From Lingula anatina (lineage: Eukaryota; Animalia; Brachiopoda), in the NCBI GenBank assembly GCA_051362555.1, contig CM120642.1, positions 18,662,001-18,726,000 of the forward strand: a DNA stretch of 64,000 nt, written 5' to 3'. The translations under genes and the position numbers were made by a program. The notes beneath the pieces were generated by a model, which was not told the origin of the DNA, did no database searches, and saw only the letters and a list, made by a program, of their open reading frames with translations. Of this stretch, positions 12,343 through 23,500 are shown one piece after another. Position 1 is the stretch's first letter. Each line of letters starts with the position of its first letter.

Positions 12343-13182
12343 GTATGATGATACCTCTTTATTATGAATTTTAGACGGTATTGAGTTCTAGAAAGATTGC
12401 AACTTTTACGCTGACAAGAACGCTCGCTTTTCTTCAGTGTGAAATTTGACACCTACTAATTCTTGCCACTGTCAGTTTCTGGGTTTGGGACAATTTAATG
12501 ATTGAAAAGGAGGATTACAGATTCAGTGTTTATTCTTTGGTCTGGATGGCGTTAATGAAACACATCTGGTCATTGGAATAGTTGTCTAGAAAACTGATTC
12601 AATTTGTATGGATAACTTGCAGACGTTCTTGTTACTGTACAAGACTCACAAGTTATTTTTTAACACATAAACTGAAACAAGCATTCAAAATAATAATAAT
12701 AATAAAAAAAGACTTGAAAGCATTTACTTAGATTGCAGATTTGGATTTAAAAAAAAATAAGTAGATGATTATGGAGCTATTTTTCAGTATATAATATTTA
12801 ATTAACATTGATGCCAAATAATAATAAAATAATCTTTAGGACTTATCTTTTCTTCAGGTAAGAAATTTGTTTCATGAACTTTATTTTCAGTGGATGTCTG
12901 TTTATTTTTCAGACTGAAATCCTGCGTCCAGATTCTCCTTGTTACCAACTCCCAGAATCCCCTACTACCTCGTCTTTCAGTGAAGAGGACGATCCTTGTT
13001 GCTGCAACCGTTCAGTCAAGAACATTGTGTGTCGGGCATGTGGGCATATTTTCCAGGGGCGCGTGCGTAGACAGTGTCACCTGCATCCCAAAACAATCCA
13101 CCTCATGGACATGGACTGCTGTCCAAACTGTAAGGCCACACATCTGAAGGAGTTTCGTGGATCCGTGGGAAGACATCAGTGA
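12088..13182 (+). CDS. Uncharacterised CG13380-like protein, 174 aa; Ser/Pro-rich N-terminus and Cys/His zinc-binding C-terminus; join(12088..12342,12913..13182)
   Basis: Phase-0 GT-AG intron (CAG|gtatga ... tttttcag|ACT) joins two ORFs in frame; motif CCCNR-x-CRACGH-x-GRV-x-CHLHP-x-LMD-x-CPNC, recalled as similar to Drosophila CG13380. Confidence 0.85.
12913..13182 (+). CDS. CG13380-like coding exon 2 (Cys/His domain, stop)
   Basis: Polypyrimidine+AG acceptor; TEILRPDSP...VGRHQ*. Confidence 0.88.
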   Translation, partial: TEILRPDSPCYQLPESPTTSSFSEEDDPCCCNRSVKNIVCRACGHIFQGRVRRQCHLHPKTIHLMDMDCCPNCKATHLKEFRGSVGRHQ

Positions 13183-16100
13183 TCCTAGTTAAGCTATAAA
13201 CCAACTTTTCTCTGGTTGAGATACTTGCCCTTTCTGAACTTCACTAGCATTCCCTCAAGAATCTCAAGAAGCAAATCATTTAGTGTTGTGAGCTTTTTTT
13301 TTTCTCAAATATAGTTTTCTCAGACTATGTTCATACTGGTAGAAAGATGTGATTTAGTGTAAAGTTAAAACTGCTGCAATCGAGGAAGCCCACACAAAAC
13401 TGAAATGTCATTCATAGGAAAAGGAATCAACATCATATTTGTTCTCTTAAACTAAGAAAAGGAAAATCCATAACAATATGATATGTCATAGCAGAGAAAT
13501 TTAAGTTAAATGTTTCCATTTTCTTTTTTTAAAGCTGATTATCTGTGTAGCATCTGGAAAAACTGGAGTTATCTTACATAAGCCTGTAATAGGATTAGCA
13601 AGTTGTATTATGTGGGCTAATGCTCTTTAGAAGCATAATTAGTCACTGTTTGTAATTTGACACTTTCTAGTTGGGCTAGTGTGTGAACAGAGCTATTGTT
13701 TTACTTGAGTTTATGTTTAAGTTTTTTTATTTTGTTTGTTTGTTTGTTTTTCTCCTTTTTAGGACATTTTACTAAGCACCAAGCTAAGAACTGGGAATCA
13801 TTCTTAGAAAAGTTTTTATAAAGCTGTTTTTTGTTTTGTTTGAAAATTGAGGCATTTTGTATCAAAATAGTGTGAATGGGTTTTATTTTGTCTTTTTTTT
13901 TTTGTTTATGCTTAATTTTCATAACTATCAACAATATGAGGAGAAAATTTTCATTTTATTTGAGATAAGCTACATTGTTTCAGACTTAGGTTCATTCAAC
14001 GGGGTAACTCATTTTGGAAAATCTGTATGAAAATTTTGTTTCTTAGTTTGCGCAGTCTCGATGTCAAGACTTTGTTGTCCTATATATAGTTATCAGTTTT
14101 TAAATGTGGTGCTCTAGTCTTTAGATGTTTAAAAAATCAACCTACACCCCCTCAAAACTCCACATGTAAATATCAGATAGCTCTTACAGTGTCAGTCCTA
14201 GTCCCAGTAAACTTGGCCATCCTTCTTCTTTAGCTTTTGGCTCCCTCCTTGGCCATCCTGATGATGTAAAATTGAGCTTATATGGCTGTTTAAGTAATAT
14301 GCAAATCTGTTACCTTTAAAAAAAAACACACAGGCCATTGAATGTATTTATTTCTATGTGTATACTAGCTTGATTGCAACTGGAGCTGTTTGAGTCATTT
14401 GAATGGAGGGTGTTTGACCCTGTCGGAGTTGGAAGTGAATTCAGCTGTGAAATGGTCACAAAAATACAGATGCGAGCTTGGTTCCAAGAACATTTAACTG
14501 AAACTGTTTAAGGTGTAAAGATGGCACCAAACATTCTACTGAGTTGATACTGATCACAAATTGAGATGTGGAGGACGTCTGTTAACCCTACTACTAGCAA
14601 AGAGATGCTACTGCAACTCTGATGTTAACATCCATGATTTAGGCCCAAAATGCTTTAGGTTGGAAATCCATCGGAATACAGTTACAAGAGTGGAAATTAG
14701 AAGTACCAGCATTTAATCATATTGGTCAACTAGCTCACAAAATAGCATTAATATGAACCAGGTGCCAAAGTAGACTGAAGTATTAAAAATTCCATTAGTA
14801 AAGTAGACAGCCTGACAGGCTAGATATGGAATTGTTTTATGATTATAGTGGGTCGTTTCATTTTTCATGCAGGAAATTGGATGATTTTAGTCATTGACTT
14901 CCTTTGCTGTTGTAAAGAGTCACTGTCATAGTTGCCTAGTTATGATATCACGTCTTGGTGTCATTCCTGCTTAGTTGGTTTTATTGCTTACATAAGGCAA
15001 CATATATAATGGAGGATGTCTTTTTTTTTTTACTAGAAAAAAGAATAAATAGCAAGTGATTTTGTGAGCAGAAAGCTTGCAGTATGCCAAAGACCATCCC
15101 CACCCCCCACCCATTCTGCTGTGGACTCTAGCTAATATCCTTGTCTGTTCTCCATAAAAACCAAAATAGGTGAATTTACATGAGTTTTCTGTGATGTTTT
15201 AGACCAGAACTTGAATGGGCCTGTTGCTGTCTGAATACGTCCTATGTATTGGTCACACTATGGTTTTATTGAGCATGTTACTGACTTGTGTTCTGTAACC
15301 AGACCTGTTAATGCTAGCATCCTCAAAGACCGAACCTTCGTGTTTACCATGTTGCAATCAAACGGCCAAATAACAATTCAAAACCATTGGGAAATGATAA
15401 TATAAAATGCTCAGAATATTCATGGATTCCTCTCATTGGCAACTCTGACAGCCATAAATCTCCAGCTACCTCTTGGCTGTCTTTGTTAGGCCACATTGAA
15501 CAATCTGTTCATACATCAGTGCATAATACATGAAGTTCAACATAAGAACAAAGAGCTACTGTTAATTGCCACAACCCAGTTCTATATGAAATGCCCTGTA
15601 TTTAGGCAAGGATTATCATTTAAACACCTGTATGTTGGTTATTTGTTCATTTGGGTCTTGATATTTTACTACTACAGCTGTGAAAATTGAGAACAATGCC
15701 AATTTGTTAATATCTAAGTTAAACCCTGTAACAGGTGCATTCTATAGTGAAGAGTCCATCTTAGATAAAGCTAGTTGAGTTTTGAGAGATGCAAATATAT
15801 AAGTGTATGTACTGTGCAGCTGTTTTAGAGTGGCTGTGGTAATTGAACAATCAGCTTTGAAAGAAAATATTTAAATTTCATGAAACATGCATATATAGGT
15901 TGTCAAGTTGTCACTCTAGTTAACTTGATCTTCATCGGTGGTAGTAGCTCTGTCTAAAGCTGATACAGGTAGAATAAAGTATTTTCCGTGTGGAAATAAT
16001 GAACATAAATGTGTTGGGCCTTTTTTCTGTCAATTTTCAATTTGTTTTAAACCCTAAGTTATTTGTGGTGCATTTTAAACTAGAAAAGCACTGATAACAT

Positions 16101-16349
16101 AGACCTGCCAAACTGGCTCAATTCTTCTTCTTAATTGACAGATGAATCTCTACCGAAATCAACTTGATTTTAAGTTGACCAATTTCCAACCTTTCCTGAA
16201 AATTTGAATTAAAAATTTGTTAACTTTATCAGGTAGGCTGTTAAATAAACCAACAAAGACAAAAGCATTATCTCATGGGTAAAGGCAACTTTAGAGATCC
16301 AACTTAGTAGTTTTAAGATGTGTGAACTTGGATCTAGTGCCAATTATAG

Positions 16350-17105
16350 TATATACTTTAAAAACAAGAACTTAAATTGCTGTAATATTATTTTAATTAC
16401 GATATATTCAGAAACGTACAGGAAAAACAAAATAAAAATTGACTGCAGCCAAGTAGTAACTTTGGATTGTGCCGAATTGTGATCGTCTCAACTAGCACAA
16501 TATTGCATACTAAAACTGCAATCGTTCTTCTATGTATTAGACCAGTGGCTGTAGTGGAAATAAAGTAAAACACATAAAGCTGATGAATGGACATACAATA
16601 CAACCTTGATTGTTGACGGATGAAAAAAAAATTTTTTTGGGTGGATTCAAGTGGCAATTTTTATACAAAACCCATGGTGATTGTGCCATTCACATGCATC
16701 AGCACCGAACCCTTCGCTTGATTCAGCAGGACAACTCCAATCCCCATACTGCCAGGATAGCACAGGGGTACCTGCAGCCAGGAGCAGATCCATATATTTG
16801 CAGGATACGTGGACAATTAACCAGACATGTTGACCAGACATTGAACATGCCTGAGATGAACTGGGCAGTCGACTTGGAAACCGCCAGACACAACCTGCCA
16901 CTGTCAGAGTAAAGAATTTCACTGGTGGAAGAAGGGAGAAAGATGACTCATAAAACCATAGACCAAACTTGCATTTCGTTTTTTTTTTTTCTTTGCTGGA
17001 GAATATGAAGTCTTTAAGTGTGCAGCAACTAATCACAAAACATCCTGCTTCATGACACACTACTTGTGACACAACTCATGATTTTCCTATGTTTATTTTG
17101 GTGTA
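16350..17105 (+). pseudogene. Decayed Tc1/mariner transposon remnant
   Basis: Translation IQQDNSNPHTARIAQGYL resembles the Tc1 second-Asp motif QQDNAxxHT; frame degenerate; ends ...GTGTA-TA; boundaries approximate. Confidence 0.6.
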
Positions 17106-17579
17106 TAAACAAAATAGTAATGCAAATATTAAAATAAATCCAACTGTCATGACCAAGCTTGCTTTAAATAGTTAGTGAATGCTAGTATCACTAACAATGT
17201 ATTTGGGACCCAAAATGAGATTAACCTCTTCTGCAGGAATTTAGTGTCTGCTAATACAGGAAGAATAGAACTGAGAAAGCATTTCAACAATAAATAAATA
17301 AATAAATAAACAGTTCTAAGAATAAACTTTGCACTCTGGAGAAAAACAATATTTTATTTTTAAATTAGTTAAAACTAGCATAGAACAGACAGGTTAATAT
17401 TTCACCCTGGCATGGACAAATCAGAAAACATTTTCATACAAAAACATTCAACCTTACATTTCCCCTGTATGTTACTGGCATACACCTTCACCTTGTTCTT
17501 TTCAGAAATACTGTCATTTATTTAACCCTTGCATATAAGTGCATAAAATAGTTGAATTCATAATAATACACTAGATTTA

Positions 17580-17834
17580 GACCCCATTCTCATACCTAGA
17601 TTGATCTAGCAAGATCGACCCATCTCCAAGAAGATTCTCGCCATATTACATTCAGCTTAATCAGCTTAGATGTCTGGCATGCCTTCTGAAGCTGTTAAAC
17701 AATAGTTAATTACCACCCAATGACTTGGGTAGGCATGCCAGACATTAGAGCGGCATAAGCTAAATGCAATAAGTGAGAAACCCCTAGGAGATGGGTCGAT
17801 GCTGCTAGATCGATCTAGGTATGGGAATGGGGTC
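17580..17834. mobile_element. Harbinger/Tourist-like MITE, family B
   Basis: TIR gaccccattctcatacctagattgatctagca / tgctagatcgatctaggtatgggaatggggtc; TTA on both flanks; copies at 25014 and 46983. Confidence 0.85.
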
Positions 17835-18177
17835 TTAGACACAAAATTCATGTTAACCCATAAGTCAAATAATTTTTTGCACAAATTGGATATCATTGAC
17901 AGATAATATTGTCCAATACAACCAACCCCGATAATCGTTTACTTAGTATTAAATATTTATACATTTTGTATCTAAAATATATATTTGTAAGATTTTTTTA
18001 AATGTTGATTAAAGGAGTGATGCGTCATTTAACTTACATGTTTTTAAAAGTTGATAACAGTCTCAGACTGACACTTTGGTTCACTTATTATACTATGTAT
18101 GCAGTATCAATGTAGAAATATGATAAAGCTATCAATGATAAGGCATCACTTGCAGCACAAAACGTACTTCTAACATA

Positions 18178-18301
18178 CCCTCTACCAGGGCAACAGATTG
18201 ATTTTCCACAGATATGTCTCTAGATAAATAGACAGTCATTTTGGTCTGATGTCACTTCAGCCAAAAATGTCCACAATAATAACTGTGGCACTGGTAGCGG
18301 G
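18178..18301. mobile_element. Small MITE with TA TSD, family D
   Basis: ta|ccctctaccag...ctggtagcggg|ta; diverged copy at 59376-59498. Confidence 0.6.
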
Positions 18302-19318
18302 TACTTCTGACACTGCAAAAATTTCACTGACACCGACGAATATATATATAAATGCCTTACTTAGATAGATGGCTGCTCTTCACAAAGATGGACAACCATC
18401 AAGATTTGTAAAGCTAATGCTCAATAGAAACGTCTGAAATTTACTGCGATATAAACTGGCCTTGACAAACAAAGCATTGCAGTACACAGAAAGCGATAAC
18501 AGATAAAGATACAGACACATTTGCCAGTAAAGTATTTAGAAATATCAATAAATAGAAACACAGTGAAAAAACACTGGGGCAGTAGAAAAAGTAACAACAT
18601 TCACAACACTCCATTATCAATTGTTAAGAATAGTGTAATATAATAATCTCACTTGGGAAAACCTTTGGAGGAATTCCACATCAGCCATCAGTTTATATAT
18701 ATGTAAAGTTTTAAACCTGTGGTGCAAGTTCTTACATATCAATCACTTTGGCAATGACAAAAAAATTTTCATTCTCATTTTAAAATCTCAGACTTAGAAA
18801 AGAGATAATTTTTTTCTAAGTAAAACAACCTAATGTTGATGAACACAGAAGGACTAGTCTAATACCATCTGGTTGAAGTAGACTAGAGTTCACACATCCC
18901 TAACCAACCCAATGACTTCTCTTTCTTTCTATACACAGACATTCACCTGTGTGTGCCACTAAAACGTGGGCAGATGGATGCATTTAGAAAGGGTTAATTT
19001 TGAAAACCTTTGTCAAAAAAAAAAATATATATATATATATAATTACCCCCCCCCCCCCCCCCCGCAAGTTTCAGGACTACAATCAACTTTAATTTGATGA
19101 AATCATCTTGCAAATAATTATGTAACTAGAGGATCAGAGAGGCGATACCGCCTCCGAATATTGTACCACCAGCTGGAGCAAGCGCATTCGTATAGACCCC
19201 CACATACACAAAATAAGGGGTGCAGCCACCAGTCTTGTGCTTGACAAGCTGTAAAAATGCAATCAACAAGAATTTTCAAAATATGCAAAAAATATATATA
19301 ACTAAAAATGGTGCAATC

Positions 19319-20030
19319 AAAGTTAAGTTCATTGTAAGGTAGGTCAAAGGTCAATTTCAAGGTCACAGTAAATTGCCAGTATATGACTTCCTATCCAACT
19401 TCAATAGTAACTATGGACCTATCTCTGCCAGTTTTGGAGATAAAAGGGAAGCAAAATTTGCAAAGTTCAGTTCATGGTGAAAAGTAGGTCAAAGGTCAAT
19501 TTCAAGGTCACAGTAAGATTGCCAGTATATGACTTCCTATTCAACTTCAATAGTAACTATGGACCTATCTCTGCCAGTTTTGGAGATAAAAGGGAAGCAA
19601 AATTTGCAAAGTTCAGTTCATGGTGAAAAGTAGGTCAAAGGTCAATTTCAAGGTCACATTTAGATTGCCAGTATATGACTTCCTATTCAACTTCAATAGT
19701 AACTATGGACCTATCTCTGCCAGTTTTGGAGATAAAAGGGAAGCAAAATTTGCAAAGTTCAGTTCATGGTGAAAAGAAGGTCAAAGGTCAATTTCAAGGT
19801 CACAGTAAAATTGCCAGTATATGACTTCCTATGCAAGTTCAATAGTAACTATGGACCTATCTCTGCCAGTTTTGGAGATAAAAGGGAAGCAAATTTTGCA
19901 AAGTTCAGTTCAAGGTGAAAAGTAGGTCAAAGGTCAATGTCAAGGTCACAGTAAGATTGCCAGTATATGACTTCCTATTCAACTTCAATAGTAACTATGG
20001 ACCTATCTCTGCCAGTTTTGGAGATATAAG
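19319..20030. repeat. 146-bp tandem repeat, about 5 copies (HINE core)
   Basis: ggtcaaaggtca recurs at 19342, 19487, 19633, 19779 and 19925. Confidence 0.95.
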
Positions 20031-20276
20031 GGACTAAATGTTATAATTTTGGAGTTACCATAATGTGCCATAAATTTCCTACAGAAAAAATTAATTAAAA
20101 TAAAGAAAAGGTCATTTTGGTCAAAGTTCTTGAAATGGGAGGTTCTCTGAAGTTGCAGAAGTTTAAATTTGATAAAATAATGTCATTTTTGACCACAAGT
20201 TGTCTGCTTTGCCAAGCATTATGTTTTATTTTTCCGGAGTTCAAAATTTATTATCCATTACCGTACTGCACATTTT

Positions 20277-20518
20277 TACGGAAGCCGACTGGTGCCATAT
20301 GTTGAAAAAAAAAATTATCTCGAAATTTCGAGATAGCATTTTTTTTGTTCAAATTTCAAAATACTATCTCGAAATTTCGAGATAAATTTTTTTGCTCAAA
20401 TATCAAAATGCTATCTCGAAATTTCGAGATAGCATTTTTTTTGTTCAAATTTCAAAATAGTATCTCGAAATTTCGAGATAATTTTTTTTTCTACATATGG
20501 CACCAGTCGGCTTCCGTA
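20277..20518. mobile_element. IS3EU-like MITE nested in the HINE
   Basis: TIR tacggaagccgactggtgccatatgt; 6-bp TSD CATTTT; four internal 20-bp palindromes tatctcgaaatttcgagata. Confidence 0.8.
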
Positions 20519-22076
20519 CATTTTCCTTTCCCCACCAATATGTACTTTCTGATACAGCGTAACTCGAAAACCGTATGGAATACAAAAAAACTGAGACCAC
20601 CTCCAGTGTTGGGCTTTACATGCTCTACAAAATGCAAAAAAGAATGGGTCTCTAGCATTAACGGTTCCCGAATTAGAGACAGTTTTCAGTTTCGGTATCT
20701 TATGGCCGCTACTCCTGTGAAAATGCACCGATTGACCCCAAATTCACGGAGATGAAAGATGACCTGAAGGGTAACACTTTCCAATAATATTATTGGTTAA
20801 GTCTGTGTGGCGTCTGAATAACAGGGCAAAAAATTTTTTTTTCGTAAAAAATTTCATTTTTTTGAAAATTTTGACCCATTTGACCTTGAAGTAAAGGTCA
20901 AAGGTCAAATCCGAGAGTATATTTGAAATCTACACATATGACTTTTGGAAAGCCGTCTATAGAAATTTTTCCCGTAACTCCTTCTGTAGGGTAGATAATT
21001 AGCATTTAATTTTGCCATTTTTAGACAAGGGTGCATTGCAATGAGTGCCACACCCAGACCCCAATACCGACAAAGCCCAAATTTTACGTGGAACGAGTTG
21101 AGATTATAGGTGACCTAAATCCATGAGATGGGTACGGGGGCCCTTACCGTCTAGGAGGAGAAGCGGTAACGGTAACATGGCGGCGGAGCCGGCGAACGGA
21201 CCGGACGGGACCGAAACCATGTGTACCGCCAGCGCTAACGCTGGTGGTAAATTTTTTTGTTCAAATTTCAAAATAGTATCTCGAAATTTCGAGATAATTT
21301 TTTTTTCTACATATGGCACCAGTGGGCTTCCGTACATTTTCCTTTCACCACCAATATGTACTTTTTGATACAGCGTAACTCGAAAACCGCATGGAATACA
21401 AAAAAACCGAGACCACCTCCAGTGTTGGGCTTTACATGCTCTACAAAATGCAAAAAAGAATGGGTCTCTAGCATTAACGGTTCCCGAATTAGAGACAGTT
21501 TTCAGTTTCGGTATCTTATGGCCGCTACTCCTGTGAAAATGCACCGATTGACCCCAAATTCACGGAGATGAAAGATGACCTGAAGGGTAACACTTTCCAA
21601 TAATATTATTGGTTAAGTCTGTGTGGTGTCTGAATAACAGGGCAAAAAATTTTTTTTTCGTAAAAAATTTCATTTTTTTGAAAATTTTGGCCCATTTGAC
21701 CTTGAAGTAAAGGTCAAAGGTCAAATCCGAGGGTATATTTGAAATCTACACATATGACTTTTGGAAAGCCGTCTGTAGAAATTTTTCCCGTAACTCCTTC
21801 CGTAGGGTAGATAATTAGCATTTAATTTTGCCATTTTTGGACAAGGGTGCATTGCAATGAGTGCCACACCCAGACCCCAATACCGACAAAGCCCAAATTT
21901 TACGTGGAACGAGTTGAGATTATAGGTGACCTAAATCCATGAGATGGGTATGGGGGGCCTTACCGTCTAGGAGGAGAAGCGGTAACGGTAGCTGTCCGGC
22001 GGAGCCGGCGGAGCCGGCGGAACGATCCGGACGAGACCGAAACCATGTGTACCGCCAGCGCTAACGCTGGTGGTAC
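20435..22076. repeat. 816-bp tandem duplication (2 copies)
   Basis: Near-identical segments offset by 816 (atatggcacc at 20495 and 21311). Confidence 0.95.
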
Positions 22077-22131
22077 AATTAATACAATTAATGATGGTAT
22101 GAACCCAGGCCTACATATTATCGTTACAATG

Positions 22132-22298
22132 CAGGTCCGTAGCCAGCTATTTCAAATGGGGGGGTCATTTTCTGAAAAAGTGGACCTTTTCCCATGAAAA
22201 CTTCATGTACCTAGATCAAATTTTATCCAAAGTGGACCTTTTCCCAGCAAAAAGGGCGCTTCTTTCGAACCCCCGAACCCCCCCTGGCTACGGGCCTG
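22132..22298. mobile_element. MITE with CAGG TIRs and 5-bp TSD (same family as 6072)
   Basis: caggtccgtagccag / ctggctacgggcctg; CAATG on both flanks. Confidence 0.85.
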
Positions 22299-23134
22299 CA
22301 ATGACACATATTTTATTAGAAATATTACCATCATGATTCTAGTCATGTGACCATGAATATTTCCACTTAACTGCCATAAATGCATGACCCCTCCATTTCT
22401 AAAAAAAAAAAAAAAAAATTCAAAAAATCAAAAGATCTGCCATCTTTTCAGAATTGGCTTTGAACTATTGGAAAATATTTCCTCATTCAGTTTCCCTAAA
22501 AATAAAAACAAAACTGGCAATCTTCAAATGAAATAAACATTACATATTTCCCATGTTTGTCAAGAGCTCTGCAAATTCAACACATTCAGTAATAAGAAGT
22601 GTTCCATGTTTCAGCATCCACTCTTCTTGATCTTTAGAGTATCTGATTCTAAACAAAACTGTTTCTAAACAAAAGACTTGGTCTAAACTTTTCGACCAAA
22701 ACTTTGGTCTCCTTCAGTTCAGGAGAAATGCCAAGGACTCCACTTAAGTAAAATAAGTATTGGCATGAATCATACGACAAGGCTTCTCTGATATAAAACT
22801 GCTGCAACTTTTTCATCAACTGTATGACTACCAATTTGTGTATCTAAAATTTAGATCTTAAAGTTAAGACCAAATTCCAGGCTAACGTTCTCTTGTGCGA
22901 CAGGCCACAGCAGTGTTATTTCATCCCCCTCAGCAGTCCTGCCAGCATCCATCACTTAAATCATCCATAAATTATAGATCTTCACATTGTGAACAGTGCA
23001 GAGTTGACAATACTGTTTTTATGACAATTATTTCCTGCTAGAACTTTCCATTAAAGCTGCATAAATGTCCATGGGACAACAGCAGTATGCCCCAAATACT
23101 TTCCATTACTACGTACTGGTTGTTCCGTGGTATT

Positions 23135-23350
23135 GAAGAAAGATGAAGCACATGCTGTGCACATGCATCTGCAGCTCCCTGTATATTTCAAGCATATGCT
23201 GTGCACATACGTATGCAGCTCTGTATATATCAAATATATGCTGTGTATGTCCATCTGCAACTCTTCATATACCTCAAACATGCTGTGCATATGCATCTAC
23301 CACTGTCCGTAAAGATGAAGCATATGCTACGTGCATACATCTGCAGTTGC
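23135..23350 (-). repeat. Degenerate ~43-bp tandem repeat (5 units) overlapping the sarcoglycan stop codon
   Basis: Consensus GAGCTGCAGATGCATGTGCACAGCATATGCTT...; the first unit encodes the last codons and the TAG. Confidence 0.7.
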
Positions 23351-23500
23351 CTGACATTCCCCCGTAGGCTCTGACAGGAACAGGCGGCCATTGTTCCCAC
23401 ACACGCACAGCTGGTACACCTCGGGGTAGGCACGGCCTGATCCCACTGGAGAGCTGATCTGTAAGTTCTTCATGTGAATGTTCTGGGAATTTAGTCTTAT
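23327..23500 (-). CDS. SGCZ: Sarcoglycan last coding exon
   Basis: IRLNSQN...[29 protein letters not shown]. Confidence 0.95.
   Translation of the reverse strand: MRLNSQNIHMKNLQISSPVGSGRAYPEVYQLCVCGNNGRLFLSEPTGECQATADVCT

Larger units (their letters stand above)
19124..22078 (-). mobile_element. Non-autonomous Helentron (HINE/DINE-1-like) composite element
   Basis: subTIRs attgtaccaccagc (19160) / gctggtggtacaat (22066); short IR beside one subTIR; terminal stem-loop gaggcg-atac-cgcctc 19139-19154 then CTAGTT end; internal tandem core repeats. Confidence 0.8.

Noticed and set aside
19319-20030. Regular repeats considered as a CRISPR-like array
   Set aside because: Units are contiguous with no unique spacers, there are no cas genes, and the context is eukaryotic; the same applies to 33683-34076 and the 20-bp palindromes at 20316-20480
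20345-21571. Paired ORFs of 104-146 aa
   Set aside because: They arise from the MITE and the 816-bp duplication; no transposase or helicase motifs
23051-23433. Overlapping Cys/His/Met-rich ORFs
   Set aside because: Translation artefacts of the 43-bp ATGC-rich repeat
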